The notes: generated by a model from the letters alone, not told the origin. A stretch of 64,000 bases of DNA from Candidatus Thorarchaeota archaeon (GCA_963726195.1 CAVSBO010000005.1:32001-96000); one strand, 5' to 3'. Positions 42,641 through 53,905 are shown, counted from the first letter of the stretch. Made by a program: numbers and translations.

Positions 42641-43882
42641 ATGACGACCAAGTTCACTGCAGTCATGGTTGTTATGGATGGCGCCGGTGACAGAGCCGTC
42701 CCTGAGCTGGGAGGACTGACTCCGTTCCAAGCGGCAAGGACTCCAAACTTCGATCGTCTTGCATCACACGGACAAAGCGGACTCATGAACGTAATCTCCC
42801 CCGGCGTGACTCCGGGTAGCGATACTGCACACCTAGCACTCTTCGGATACGACCCAGTTGCGACCTACCCCGGAAGAGGACCGCTGGAGGCCCTTGGTGC
42901 AGGCCTTCAATCCAGACCGGGAGACGTGGCATTTCGTGCCAACTTCGCCACCATGAATCCAGATTCCACCGTAACCGACCGGAGGGCCGGGCGAGAGTTC
43001 ACAAGCGAGGAAGGCCTCGCTCTTCAGAAGGCAATCGACGGACTGGACATCGATGGTGTGAAGGTACACTTCGTGCACACTGTTGAGCATCGTGGCGCTC
43101 TCGTTCTGGAGGGCAAAGGTCTCTCTGAGAAGGTAACGGATGTTGATCCTCATGAGGACGGAAAGAAGGTCCTCCAAGCCACGCCACTTGTGCCCGAGGC
43201 AAAGAAGACTGCCGACGTTGTGAACAAACTAATCCGGCTCTCCTATGAGCGGCTAAAAGGTCTTGACGTAAACAAGGCTCGACAGAAGAGGGGTATTGCA
43301 CCCGCGAATGTGCTGCTTCTCAGAGGGCCGGGCCAACACAGAGAGGTTCCCACTCTCAAGGAAAGGTTTGGGATTAGGTGCGCAGTTCTTGCGGGCGGCG
43401 CACTATACATCGGCACTGCCAAATACGTTGGTATGGAGCACGTCAAGGTTCAGGGCCAGACAGGGACGATAGACACGAACTTCGATGGCATAGGTGACAA
43501 GGCTGCAGAATGCGTTGAGTCCGACTATGACTATGTCTTTGTCCATGTCAAAGCAACTGACAACGCCAGTCACGACCACAACGCAAAGCAGAAGGTAATG
43601 GCGATAGAAAGGACAGACGGGATGGTCGGCAGAATACTTGATCGCGTGCAAGACAGGATTGTCATTGCTGTTACTGCTGACCACACTACACCGGTTACTG
43701 TAGGGGAACACACATGCGACCCGGTACCAATCGTCATATGGTCTCCCTTTATCCGTCCTGACTCAGTTGAAAGGTTCACGGAGATTGACGCGGCTCACGG
43801 GGCACTGCATACCATTCGCGGAATCGATGTGCTCCCGATGTTGCTCGGCTATGCCGGAAAGACCGAGAAATTTGGCTCCTAG
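42641..43882 (+). CDS. apgM: Archaeal-type 2,3-BPG-independent phosphoglycerate mutase
   Basis: DGAGDR, PGSDTAHL, GRGPLEA, DRRAGR, TADHTTP. Confidence 0.95.
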   Translation: MTTKFTAVMVVMDGAGDRAVPELGGLTPFQAARTPNFDRLASHGQSGLMNVISPGVTPGSDTAHLALFGYDPVATYPGRGPLEALGAGLQSRPGDVAFRANFATMNPDSTVTDRRAGREFTSEEGLALQKAIDGLDIDGVKVHFVHTVEHRGALVLEGKGLSEKVTDVDPHEDGKKVLQATPLVPEAKKTADVVNKLIRLSYERLKGLDVNKARQKRGIAPANVLLLRGPGQHREVPTLKERFGIRCAVLAGGALYIGTAKYVGMEHVKVQGQTGTIDTNFDGIGDKAAECVESDYDYVFVHVKATDNASHDHNAKQKVMAIERTDGMVGRILDRVQDRIVIAVTADHTTPVTVGEHTCDPVPIVIWSPFIRPDSVERFTEIDAAHGALHTIRGIDVLPMLLGYAGKTEKFGS

Positions 43883-43889
43883 ATGCGTT

Positions 43890-44717
43890 TTACTGCACAT
43901 TCACTACCTTGTCGATTCTTTCCACGGAATCATCGAAGTAGTGCTCGTCATCGATTGTAAGATCGATTGCGCCGTTAGGGCAGGCCTCCACACAACGGCC
44001 ACAACCACGGCATTCCTCACTTATGACTGCGTGGTCGCCGACGAGGTGGATTGCATCGACGAAGCACACTCCTTGGGTGCAGGTCCCACATGCTTGGCAT
44101 CTATCTGTGACTTGAACATGGACACCGGGCATTTTGGTGATTTTCTTCCCGATACCCGGGGTTAGGTCGGGAAGAATCTTCCAAAGACAGCAGCAAGGGC
44201 AACAGTTACAGATTGTCAGTAGTTTATCTCCCGGCTTGGCATCGAGCCAGAAAGAATCGAGTTTGTTGCGACCAATCAGATGGACCAATCCGGCTTCTCT
44301 GCACTTCCTAACGTAATCGAGCGCCTCCTCCTTCGTCACCCGCCTTCCCAACAGTGGATTGATTCTCATTGCAGCTTCTCCCAAGAACAAGCAGCCGTAG
44401 CCGATTGGATAGTCCTTGCACTTCGACGCGTCTCTGCATATGCAGAAGTTCATGATCCAGTGATAATTCGCCTTTTTGATGAAGTGCTCAACGATTTTTG
44501 ATGGCAGCACAGTTTCAACAGGGTGCTCCAAGGACCTGCCCACAGATATTGTCTTCGTGATGACACTATCCTTGGGTAGGTACATTATGTCGTCGTTCTC
44601 GAAGAGCATCTTATCGACGACGCGCCCGACGCCAGGCACACGTGTCGCCAGTGCTATCATGCGTCTGTTCGGGAACGTCTTCTTCAGCAATTGCACAAAC
44701 CAAAGAGGCCGGGCCAT
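43890..44717 (-). CDS. 4Fe-4S dicluster ferredoxin-domain protein
   Basis: CICR, CNCCPCCC, CQACGTC, CRGCGRCVEACP. Confidence 0.88.
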   Translation of the reverse strand: MARPLWFVQLLKKTFPNRRMIALATRVPGVGRVVDKMLFENDDIMYLPKDSVITKTISVGRSLEHPVETVLPSKIVEHFIKKANYHWIMNFCICRDASKCKDYPIGYGCLFLGEAAMRINPLLGRRVTKEEALDYVRKCREAGLVHLIGRNKLDSFWLDAKPGDKLLTICNCCPCCCLWKILPDLTPGIGKKITKMPGVHVQVTDRCQACGTCTQGVCFVDAIHLVGDHAVISEECRGCGRCVEACPNGAIDLTIDDEHYFDDSVERIDKVVNVQ

Positions 44718-44853
44718 GCGTATTTGGTGCTCACAAGGCGCTGATATTGCTATCGAACGGGATTCCGGTCAGAATAAGCAGAGGGTATATACTGAACACA
44801 AACTGAGGCAAGATTTGGCACTGTTAGTAACTCTCTTAAACCCCTTGTGAGTA

Positions 44854-47800
44854 GTGCGAGAACCGCCAGCTGAGGAAGAACTAATGAGAAGGCTGCAAGC
44901 ACTAATCCTGTTCGCAATCATTGCTGTGATTCTATTCGTGTCCATCAGCTGGACGTATGGCTGGTTCCTTGGTCAGACCATATACCGAAGCATGTACTCC
45001 AGCAAATCGGGTGTGGACTATTGGTCGACATGGACACTTCAGAACAACCTATTCACAGCATCCCTTCTCCTGACGATTGTCAGTATGATCACCCTTCCTC
45101 AACGCAGCACACTCCTGTCGTTCTTGAGCACACTCTCTCAGTTTGGGCGGTCCACCACCAGGCTCCCGTTGCCGAGAGCTCTGATATGGAGATTCATCGA
45201 GGTCATCGGGCTATTCGCTTTCTATGTTTCCTCGGGTGGCTATTCGGTTACAGGGCAGAATGTTGCGTTCCTAATGATGCTCATTGGACACGGTTCTATT
45301 TCTGTGAGTCCCCAGGACATCGGAACTTTGTTTGCTCTGCCGTTCGCGCCCGGCACATCAGCAGATTCGGTAGTCAGTCTTGTGCCTGCGATGGAAGCAT
45401 ACCAGCTATATGTAGGACTCATAGCCACGTTCTTGGCCGCGACTGCGGTGAGAGTGGCCCTTAGCATCGCCACAGATCTAATGGCTCAGAGGCGTGATGT
45501 GTTAATCATATTCGCGAAAGCACTCGTGATAGGTGCACTTGGGCTCTGTATCGCAATACTAGGCGTGCCGACATGGACTGTCAACGCGGGAAGTTGGATG
45601 ACCTATCTGGCATATATCGTTGCACTAGGCTCCTGCATCATGGGCGCATTTCTGTTCATGGCATTTCGTGTTCGCTCTGGGGACGTACAGACCAGAGTCA
45701 GGAGCAAGATAACCCAACTGGAGGAAGACTTGGCCCGAATGCAGGGGGAGCTGCTGTCACTTCGTCAGGAATACGAGGGCAGCTCAATCACGGTTGAAGA
45801 CTATCGCAAAAAGGTCAACATGCTAATGGAGGATAGGTCGAACATTGCTGGAGAGCTCAGGCGCCTGAAAATTGAGCGGCTTATTCCCATTGGAGGTTCC
45901 CCTCGGAAATTCGGACTTCTCGCGATAGTCTTGGTCGCGATTGTTTTGATGTTGCCAGCCACCCAGGCATTGTACTATGGCATCCAGATGTCAGGAGACA
46001 AGTACATTGACTGGAAATTCAACTATGAGACAACGAAGGAGATTGCCATCACCAACTGGGCCGCCGGTGTCCAGGGAATGAATACAAAGACGCTGCAAGA
46101 CCTGACCCTTAATGCAACTCCTCAGGGAGAGGCTGAGTACCTGACTACCGTGAGACAGTGGGATCAAGAAGCTAGTTACCTGCGGATGAAGAACCAAATC
46201 GGCACAAATTGGATGCAGCTCGCAGATTCAGATATTGTCTTTCTGAAGAACCATGAGTATTGGATTGCTCCATTGACCCTTGACTATAGTACCATCTCTA
46301 CCAGCTTCATCAATCAGCATCTCATTTACACTCACACAGAAGGCATGGTAGTTCAGGACGCTTACACGGGGAACATTGTGGATCATAGCGATCTCATAGC
46401 CCTCCTCAACCGGAGCAAGACCATAGACACATACTATGGCGAGGGGCAGGGTTTTAGCGGTCCTGTGTTTGTCGGCGTCGCCGGCATCGATGAGGTCGGA
46501 AACTCGTCATTTCAAGGACAGCCCGACTACAAACTGAGCGGTTTCGAGTCCAGTTTCTTCGTTTTTTCGATGGGACCTGAGGCCTGGTCATTTGCTGGTC
46601 AGAATCTCAACATGCTCTTGGAGCGAGATGTGCACTCGAGAGTCAACAAGATACTGCTTCAGGGTTTGACCGCCGATCAGGACGCATACATAGTTGTAGA
46701 GCCTTCCGGAAACCTCTACTACGCGGTCTCGGTCTTCATAAACTACCCGTTATCGACGGGCTACGCTCATGAGAGCTACATGAGATTCATGGGCGTTGTT
46801 CTCGTTAGCATAGAGAACGGTGCCTTGTCATTCTACCGTTCTCCGACTGCGAATTCCACTTTCTTCATCGACAAGACTTACGATGAGTACTATCCTTGGC
46901 AAAACATGCCGGCTTGGTTGCAGTCTCAGATCAGATGGCCTGAAGACCTTTACGAGCGCCAGCTGACCATAGCCAACACATACCATGTGAAGGACGGCTT
47001 CATTTGGAGGAGCGGCGTCGACTTCTATGAGCCTTCCACGGACTCGGACACACGGTACATGGTCATGCGGATAGCAGGAGTGGACCGATTTGTTGCCACT
47101 TACAATGTTGAGTTTCTTCAGTCACCCGGCAAGAACCTTGCAGGGCTTTATGTAATGGGCTGCGGTAACACTGATTTTGGCCAATTCACGTTCTACGGTT
47201 CTGGGAGTGTAGGTGTCTCGACGTATCTGGGACCTGAGGCCGCACGGCAAGCTTTCGAAACAAGTGACAAAGTCCGCACGCAGCTTAGTCTGTGGGGACA
47301 GCACAGGTACGGCAACATATTGCTCTACCACCTCGGAGGACAGCTGTTTTTCGTAATCCCTGTGTTTCTAGAGGTCGAGACCGGGACATCCACAGTTATC
47401 GAGAAACTAGGTGGAGTTGGACTTGTTGATGCTGAGACCGGTGCGCGTGTGGCGCTGGGTTCGAATGTCGTGGAAGCCTACTACGTGATGTTCGGATTGT
47501 CAAACAGGACTGTGGTTCAAAATGGCCAAGTCGGATTTGAGAGCGCAGTCTTCAGTCCGAGCTCTATCGTCTCCGGTTCATCGACCAATCTAGTCGCCCT
47601 GATGAAGAACAATGACAATGTGACGCACACTCTTGACCTCGACATAGTCGTCTTGGCAGGTAACTTCACAGTGGGATGGCATGGCGCGAATGTGCTGCCA
47701 ACAGTGTATCCCGAAAATTCCACATTCAGTCTACACATTGGCAACGTTGGTCCTGGAGACTCCTATGGTACCTCACCTACAATCACTGTCCATCTGCCGT

Positions 47801-47895
47801 CTGGAATTGTGTTTGCCACCTACCTAGTCATCATCGTGCTCAGGACTGAAGCAGGGGCGGTGGATCAGATGACTCTCTTTCTCACAGTGACATAG
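44854..47895 (+). CDS. UPF0182-family membrane protein
   Basis: TVRQWD, NQHLIYTH..G, YYGE, WPEDL..RQ...YHV, YGNIL; N-terminal TM bundle. Confidence 0.8.
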   Translation: MREPPAEEELMRRLQALILFAIIAVILFVSISWTYGWFLGQTIYRSMYSSKSGVDYWSTWTLQNNLFTASLLLTIVSMITLPQRSTLLSFLSTLSQFGRSTTRLPLPRALIWRFIEVIGLFAFYVSSGGYSVTGQNVAFLMMLIGHGSISVSPQDIGTLFALPFAPGTSADSVVSLVPAMEAYQLYVGLIATFLAATAVRVALSIATDLMAQRRDVLIIFAKALVIGALGLCIAILGVPTWTVNAGSWMTYLAYIVALGSCIMGAFLFMAFRVRSGDVQTRVRSKITQLEEDLARMQGELLSLRQEYEGSSITVEDYRKKVNMLMEDRSNIAGELRRLKIERLIPIGGSPRKFGLLAIVLVAIVLMLPATQALYYGIQMSGDKYIDWKFNYETTKEIAITNWAAGVQGMNTKTLQDLTLNATPQGEAEYLTTVRQWDQEASYLRMKNQIGTNWMQLADSDIVFLKNHEYWIAPLTLDYSTISTSFINQHLIYTHTEGMVVQDAYTGNIVDHSDLIALLNRSKTIDTYYGEGQGFSGPVFVGVAGIDEVGNSSFQGQPDYKLSGFESSFFVFSMGPEAWSFAGQNLNMLLERDVHSRVNKILLQGLTADQDAYIVVEPSGNLYYAVSVFINYPLSTGYAHESYMRFMGVVLVSIENGALSFYRSPTANSTFFIDKTYDEYYPWQNMPAWLQSQIRWPEDLYERQLTIANTYHVKDGFIWRSGVDFYEPSTDSDTRYMVMRIAGVDRFVATYNVEFLQSPGKNLAGLYVMGCGNTDFGQFTFYGSGSVGVSTYLGPEAARQAFETSDKVRTQLSLWGQHRYGNILLYHLGGQLFFVIPVFLEVETGTSTVIEKLGGVGLVDAETGARVALGSNVVEAYYVMFGLSNRTVVQNGQVGFESAVFSPSSIVSGSSTNLVALMKNNDNVTHTLDLDIVVLAGNFTVGWHGANVLPTVYPENSTFSLHIGNVGPGDSYGTSPTITVHLPSGIVFATYLVIIVLRTEAGAVDQMTLFLTVT

Positions 47896-47908
47896 GGAAA
47901 TCTTGACG

Positions 47909-48856
47909 CTAACTGTCTTCCGTCCGGTACCAATCGACAGTCCGTTTCAGGCCTTCCTTGAGAGCCACTCGTGGAACGAAGCCAAGTACGCGTTGCGCCT
48001 TCGTCATCGAACTCGTGCTATCGCGAACATCGCCTTTTCTCGGCGGCAGGTGGACAATCCGTGATGAGGTAGATCCTACAATTGACATTACCAATCTCGC
48101 AACTTCGAGCACACTAGTCGATTCTAGTCCCGATACATTAATCGTCTCTCTAGCCGCCTTGGCAACGTCCGCTGCTAGGCAAGTCGCTCTCACTACATCG
48201 TCAACGTGGATGAAGTTTCTAGTCTGCTTGCCATCTCCTTCTACCGTGATTGATTCGTTGTTAAGAGCCTGATGGATGAAAATCGAAAGAACCCCGCCGT
48301 ACTCAGAGTAGACTTGCCGTTCGCCGTAGACGTTGAAGTATCTCAGTATGACTGGTTCAATTCCATAAGAGTTGCCAAAAGCTTTCAGATACTCTTCAGC
48401 GGCTATCTTGGAGGCAGCATAGGGACTCAGAGGGTCGAGAGGGGTCTTTTCATCAACGGGTAATTTGCTGGGATTTCCGTAGACAGCCGCGCTCGAGCTA
48501 AAAACGATACGTCTAGCATCTCTGGCTCTTGCGAGTTCGAGCATACCCAGTGTTCCGTCTACGTTATTTCTATGTACAAGTAGCGGGTCCTCCAAAGACA
48601 TCTTGACTGACGACACTGCTGCCAAATGGAAAATGGTATGCACATTCTCCTTGACTTGTTGGATAAACACTGGATCACAAATGTCTAGTTCTAGAAGCGT
48701 GAAATTCGGATTCGCGAGCGCATGAGTGAGGTTGCTCCTCCTGCCTGTACGGAAACTGTCAATGCCAATTACAGGCATACCTTTGTCTAGTAACGTGTCC
48801 ACCAGGTGGCTACCGATGAAGCCTGCGCAACCTGTAACAAGTACGGTCTCACTCAT
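47909..48856 (-). CDS. NAD-dependent epimerase (UDP-glucose 4-epimerase-like)
   Basis: TGCAGFIGS, SSSAAVYG, PYAASK, RYFNVYG, GDGKQTR. Confidence 0.93.
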   Translation of the reverse strand: MSETVLVTGCAGFIGSHLVDTLLDKGMPVIGIDSFRTGRRSNLTHALANPNFTLLELDICDPVFIQQVKENVHTIFHLAAVSSVKMSLEDPLLVHRNNVDGTLGMLELARARDARRIVFSSSAAVYGNPSKLPVDEKTPLDPLSPYAASKIAAEEYLKAFGNSYGIEPVILRYFNVYGERQVYSEYGGVLSIFIHQALNNESITVEGDGKQTRNFIHVDDVVRATCLAADVAKAARETINVSGLESTSVLEVARLVMSIVGSTSSRIVHLPPRKGDVRDSTSSMTKAQRVLGFVPRVALKEGLKRTVDWYRTEDS

Positions 48857-49023
48857 CGCTTAAGTCGCTCTTTTCGAAGGCCCCAGCCGCTATTTGGTTC
48901 TTGCGGGGGCTTTGATGCAGGGCACATGCCTCATTACCTGAAGGGAGGAGTGATTCGTTCTTCAGGCTAGTTTATGAGATGCTTCGGCATTGTGCCCGAG
49001 GTCCAATCGAGGGTTTCACCACA

Positions 49024-50224
49024 ATGTCTGGTTTCGATGCTGATGTTATCGTCGTTGGTGCTGGCCCGGCAGGGTCCACTGCCGCCAAAATCACTGCATC
49101 GGCCGGACTGAGCACGTTGATTATTGAAAGACGCGCTCACGTCGGGCTCCCAGTTCAATGCGGAGAGTTTGTGCCCAGCCCCCGAGAAATCAAAGACTTG
49201 TTTCCGAGGTGCTCCAGAGGTGCGCGGCTAGTAGTCATTCCAAGTCGGTTTGTGTCGAACAGCTGTTCTCGAATCAATCTATTCTCACCTAATCTCGGTC
49301 AGTTCGGGTTTCGGTTCGCTGCAAACGTCATAGACCGTGCTCTGTATGACCCATGGCTAGCGTCCGAAGCCCAGACGCGCGGCGCAGAGCTGCGATTAAA
49401 CTCAACGGTCCTCGGATTGAAGAGTGCCAACGAGGTAGTATTCAGAGACAAAGATGGCACCCATTCTGCTAAGGGACATGTGATTGTCGGTGCTGACGGC
49501 CCACACTCTTGCATAGCACACTCGTTAGGCCGCGAGTACATGACTGGCTCGAAAGACCTTACACTCGCTATACAGTACATTCTTGCGGGCGTGGATTGCA
49601 GGTCTAACGAAATTGAGATGTACTTTGGCAATCAAGTGGCTCCTGGGGGGTACGCTTGGATAATTCCAAAGGGAGGTTCAATTGCCAATGTTGGCCTCGG
49701 TATCAGAAGCCAGTTCTCGTTGAGAGGCAGCAGTTCTCAAGACCTACTTGCATCACTTCGTGAAAAGGCACGTGTCTGCACGGCAGCAGACGGGGGAAGT
49801 TAGGACCCTGAGCAGGATTGCCGCGCTGATACCTGTTGGTGGGCCGGTCAGTAGAAGCTGGTCTGAACATGCAATCCTTGCCGGGGACGCTGCAGGACAT
49901 GTTATGGCCTGCAATGGTGGCGGAATTCCTAGTGCGCTGATTGACGGTGAGATAGCCGGACAGGCTGCAGTCAGACATATCTCTGAAGGCATTCCGCTCT
50001 CGTCGTACGAAACCACTTGGCGCAAAGAGATTGGTAGCGAGCTCAGAACGGCTCTCATGATTCTGCGCGTTGCTGATCAGGTAATGCCATCTGACAAAGT
50101 GACCGAGATATGCATGCATCTAGCAAGGTCACATTTCCTGGAATCTCTGATTCGGTGCCGTCTGCCTCTTTCTGTTGATGTTGCCGCCAAGACGCTAGTC
50201 AAGGTACTGAAGGTCATGACTTGA
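49024..50224 (+). CDS. Geranylgeranyl reductase-family flavoprotein; frameshift at about 49730
   Basis: VGAGPAGS, VQCGE, GADG, PGGYAWIIPK, then GDAAG...GGGI in the next frame. Confidence 0.88.
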
Positions 50225-50261
50225 TCAGACGGCTTCCAGATTGACTGAGATGACAGTCAGC

Positions 50262-51344
50262 TCAATAACCCCTTTTTAGGACGGAATCCGCCAGTTCCAT
50301 GAGAAGACGTTCATTGGGAAATCCCTGGCCTCTGACAGACATCTTGGCAGCTTGAACATAGCACTCTGCCTTTCTCGTCGCAAGCTCAACTGCGCCGGTC
50401 CTGCTTATGAGGCCCAGTGAGTTTTCGATTAATCCCTTTGAAAGAGCCTCAAGGCACTCAATCCGATCTTCATTTGAGCATGACTCGAGTGCGACAGTCA
50501 ATGGGTAGTTGCTCCTCATCCATCTCAGGTCTGAGCGGACTGACTTGCCTGTGACCTCCTTGCATGAGGTCACATCAAGAATATCATCACGTATCTGAAA
50601 TGCAATACCTAGTGATTCAGCATACTGGGCAAGGGCATCTTGCTGTTGCTTTGTGCCCTTTCCAACCAAGGTTCCCATTCTTGTAGATGCCTCTATGAAT
50701 GCGACTGTCTTCCTCCTCACTGTGCTGATGTACATCTCTGTGCTCAAGTCTTCATCTGCTTTCTTCTCTGTGAGGAGGTCAAACGCTTCTCCTTCGCACA
50801 TTTCCACACCGGCGGAGCCCACATGCTGGAGGAGTTCGGCGGTTCCATGCTTGCCTACTAGCAGCACTGCTTGCGCGACCAGTAGGTCAGCTGCTAGCAT
50901 GGCTAGGTCGTTACCATATTTCTTGTGAACAGTCTCGACGCCACGCCTGAAGTCATCTCGGTCTATGATGTCGTCGCGAATAAGGCTGGCCGTCTGAATC
51001 AGCTCTGCAGCGACTGCTATTGGCAGTGCTTCGTCCAGCTTGCCGCCCACAGCCTCACAACTTAGAAGTATGAGCAGTGATCTCAGCCGCTTGCCTCCAG
51101 CCCTGACAAGGTGATAGGCGGCCTCATACAATAGAGTCGGCTCTCCAGTATTTGCAAGGAGGTGCCTTTCTATGTCTCTGTTGATGAGGTTGATACGGGA
51201 CACAAACTCAGGAGAAGATGAATGCAACCAGGTTGGAGAAGACTCTGACTGTTGCGTGTTCCCTGCCATGTCGGTTCTTGAGCCACAGCAGACATCAGCC
51301 TGAGAGGAAACGCTGTCCTTTGTCGTTGGGTTTCGCTTGGGCAA
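50262..51344 (-). CDS. trans-Polyprenyl diphosphate synthase (long-chain type)
   Basis: GGKRLR, FARM DDIID..RRG, SARM FQIRDDILD; Ala five residues before FARM. Confidence 0.9.
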   Translation of the reverse strand: MPKRNPTTKDSVSSQADVCCGSRTDMAGNTQQSESSPTWLHSSSPEFVSRINLINRDIERHLLANTGEPTLLYEAAYHLVRAGGKRLRSLLILLSCEAVGGKLDEALPIAVAAELIQTASLIRDDIIDRDDFRRGVETVHKKYGNDLAMLAADLLVAQAVLLVGKHGTAELLQHVGSAGVEMCEGEAFDLLTEKKADEDLSTEMYISTVRRKTVAFIEASTRMGTLVGKGTKQQQDALAQYAESLGIAFQIRDDILDVTSCKEVTGKSVRSDLRWMRSNYPLTVALESCSNEDRIECLEALSKGLIENSLGLISRTGAVELATRKAECYVQAAKMSVRGQGFPNERLLMELADSVLKRGY

Positions 51345-51482
51345 CCACTATCTCCTCTGGTCAAATGGTGTCACGGCCGCGTCCTTATTAGCGCTTCCGA
51401 AAAGGTGCCGACCCAGAATGACAGAGAGTGACGTTGAGGAAGCCTTTTGTCTTTGGAGGGAATTCACTAGGAGCGAGGACCG

Positions 51483-52593
51483 ATGGGCTCGCAGCACGAC
51501 CAAGAGGACACCTCTCACTCCGGCAAGAGACCAGAGAGCGCACGCGGCCAATCCGTCGAGCCGGGAAGCAAACGAGCCAAGAGGCCTAGCAAGGTCCGAT
51601 TACTGATTGCAGAAATGCGCTTGAGCTTCCTCACCGCTTCAATCACTCCAATCTTGCTAGGGACTGCAATAGCTTGGGCCACCGCCGGAGTGTTCATCTG
51701 GGACGTGTTCTTGCTTACATTGGTTGCCGGTTGTTGTCTGCATCTGGGCGCGAATATCGCGAACGACTTCTTCGATCATCTGAGCGGCAATGACGATATC
51801 AATGTTGACTATGTGAGGCCGTTCTCCGGTGGAAGCAGATTGATTCAGCAGGGCCTGCTTTCGTCATTTGCGGTGTTTGCTGAGTCGATGTTCTTCTTCA
51901 TGCTGGGAGGCATCATTGGACTCGATCTCGCGTTCACCAGAGGAATGCTCATACTGATCCTAGGAGTCATTGGTGCTGCCTCGGGCTTCTTCTACACCGC
52001 ACCCCCTGTGCGGCTGAGTGAGTCGTGGAATCGGCGAAGTCTTCATTGGATTGAACTTCGGTGTTCTAATGACTCTTGGTGGCTACTATGTTCAGACACA
52101 AACCATCAGTTTTGTCACAATCATCCCTTCAATTCCAGTAGCACTCCTGATTACTGCAGTCCTCTACATCAATGAATTCCAAGACTATCGAGCTGATGGG
52201 GCCACAGGTAAGAGAACTCTGGTTGTCCGCTTGGGCCGAAAGAATGCGGCCCGTGGATACGCGGTGATCATGACTGCAGTATATCTTACGACCTTGTTCG
52301 GAGTCATCATGAACAAGATGCCTGACGATACTCTAATTGCGTTGACTACATTACCTCTGAGCATTCTTGCGGTGCGGCGTGCCATGGTCTCATATGAGAA
52401 ATCGTTCGAACTTGTTCCTGCAAACGCATCTACAGTACTGACGCATCTATTGACTGGACTATTCCTGACACTAGGATATGTGTTGGCCGGACTTGGGATA
52501 TCCTTCCAAGACACTCTACTCTTCGGCTTCTTTCTCTTGGCAGTGACACTATTCCTGAGCGTCAAAATCCACAGGAGACCTCCGCCTGCATAG
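51483..52593 (+). CDS. menA: 1,4-dihydroxy-2-naphthoate polyprenyltransferase (MenA/UbiA family); frameshift at about 52016
   Basis: NIANDFFD..SGND, FSGGSR, YTAPP, RGIGE, NEFQDYRAD..GKRTL.VRLG. Confidence 0.85.
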
Positions 52594-53823
52594 CTATTGC
52601 GGATAGGCTTCCTTCAGGCCATCCCAAGAGAATCCTAGAGCCTCGGCAACTAGCACAGCCAAATCCTTCGACTTCTTGTTCGACCCGGCTTGAGGAAGTT
52701 GGTCCTGCATGAAGTCGACGCACGAGGGACAAGCAGAGATCACCTGCTGGGCATTGGTCTGCTCTATGTCCTTTAGTTTGAGCTGGTTTATCTTCAGGGC
52801 GAACTCGTTGTCGACAGCTCGGAGAACACCCCCTGAGCCGCAGCAGAAGCAGTTGTTCTTGTTGTGAGGGAGCTCCTCGAACGTAACTCCCGGCAGATTC
52901 TCTATGACCTTCCTTGGTTCCTCAAAGAACCCCGAGTTCCGCCCAGCATCACACCCGTCATGGAATGTGATCGAGGCTTCCGTGTGACGATTGAGGTTGT
53001 TCAGTTTGCCACTATCGAACAGGTCGGCCAGATATTTCGCTCCGTACTCGATTTGAAATGGATGCTCGATGTCAAGAAGCTCATGATACTCGCGTGCCCA
53101 TATCTTGTAACAGCCGGGGCAATTGGTGACTATTCGTTCTACTCCGAGAGCTTTGTACTTCTCGATGTTGTGAGCCGCGAGCTTTCGGGCTGTATCGAAA
53201 TCTCCGGTCATGAGCATCGGAGCCCCGCAGCACCACTCATCTTCCCCGAGAATTGTATAGTCTTGCTGGACCTTATCCATGATCAGAGTCGTGGCTATTG
53301 TAGCTTGGATTGGCACCGCCTTGTACGATGATGCGCATCCAAAGAAGAATGCAGTCTTTGCCTTCCGACCAATCTTGCTACGCAGCAGCTCTTCATCAGG
53401 ATGCCAGTACGACCACCCGTCGATTCGATCCGACTGAGATTGACCCTGAATGTTGTTGGTCTTCAACAGAGTGTCTCTTGCAGCCTCTAGGTTCTTTGGC
53501 CACATGCCCCTCTTCCTGAACTCTGCGCGCATCAGCTGATAGAGCTTGACGAATGGGATGTCGACCTGGCAGACTTCCTCACATCCGCCGCACAATGTGC
53601 ATCCGAATATGGCATCCCGAAGACCTTCGAGTCCCTCGGAGGGCTCAATGCGACCTTGAATCAGCGCCCGTGCAAGCAGCATCTTGCCTTTGCCGGAGTA
53701 GCTATCAAGTCGTTTGACCTTGTATGTGGGGCAAGATCCGTGACCGACTTGACAGAAGCTGCACTGAGCACACGTGAATGGCATGTTCTGGAGGCTGTAT
53801 TTTTCGAGCAGAGGGAAACGCAT
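52594..53823 (-). CDS. GlcF/HdrD-like Fe-S protein (2x4Fe-4S plus two CCG domains)
   Basis: CAQCSFC...CP, CTLCGGCEEVC, FFGC...WCCG...CPGC, HDGC...CCGSGG...CPSC. Confidence 0.9.
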   Translation of the reverse strand: MRFPLLEKYSLQNMPFTCAQCSFCQVGHGSCPTYKVKRLDSYSGKGKMLLARALIQGRIEPSEGLEGLRDAIFGCTLCGGCEEVCQVDIPFVKLYQLMRAEFRKRGMWPKNLEAARDTLLKTNNIQGQSQSDRIDGWSYWHPDEELLRSKIGRKAKTAFFFGCASSYKAVPIQATIATTLIMDKVQQDYTILGEDEWCCGAPMLMTGDFDTARKLAAHNIEKYKALGVERIVTNCPGCYKIWAREYHELLDIEHPFQIEYGAKYLADLFDSGKLNNLNRHTEASITFHDGCDAGRNSGFFEEPRKVIENLPGVTFEELPHNKNNCFCCGSGGVLRAVDNEFALKINQLKLKDIEQTNAQQVISACPSCVDFMQDQLPQAGSNKKSKDLAVLVAEALGFSWDGLKEAYPQ

Positions 53824-53899
53824 TCTTCTGAAACCCTGCGAGGTTCCAGAAGATGAATCTAAAAGGTCTTCGGCCTGGCTCAGACCGTGCGATGAGAAC

Positions 53900-53905
53900 T
53901 TTAAA
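53900..53905 (+). promoter_or_regulatory. Putative TATA box for the hepT-mntA pair
   Basis: TTTAAA preceded by purine-rich GAGAAC, about 27 nt before the TTG start. Confidence 0.45.

Noticed and set aside
48938-48967. Hairpin CCTGAAG...CTTCAGG between divergent genes
   Set aside because: Single 7-bp stem with no family motif or second copy.
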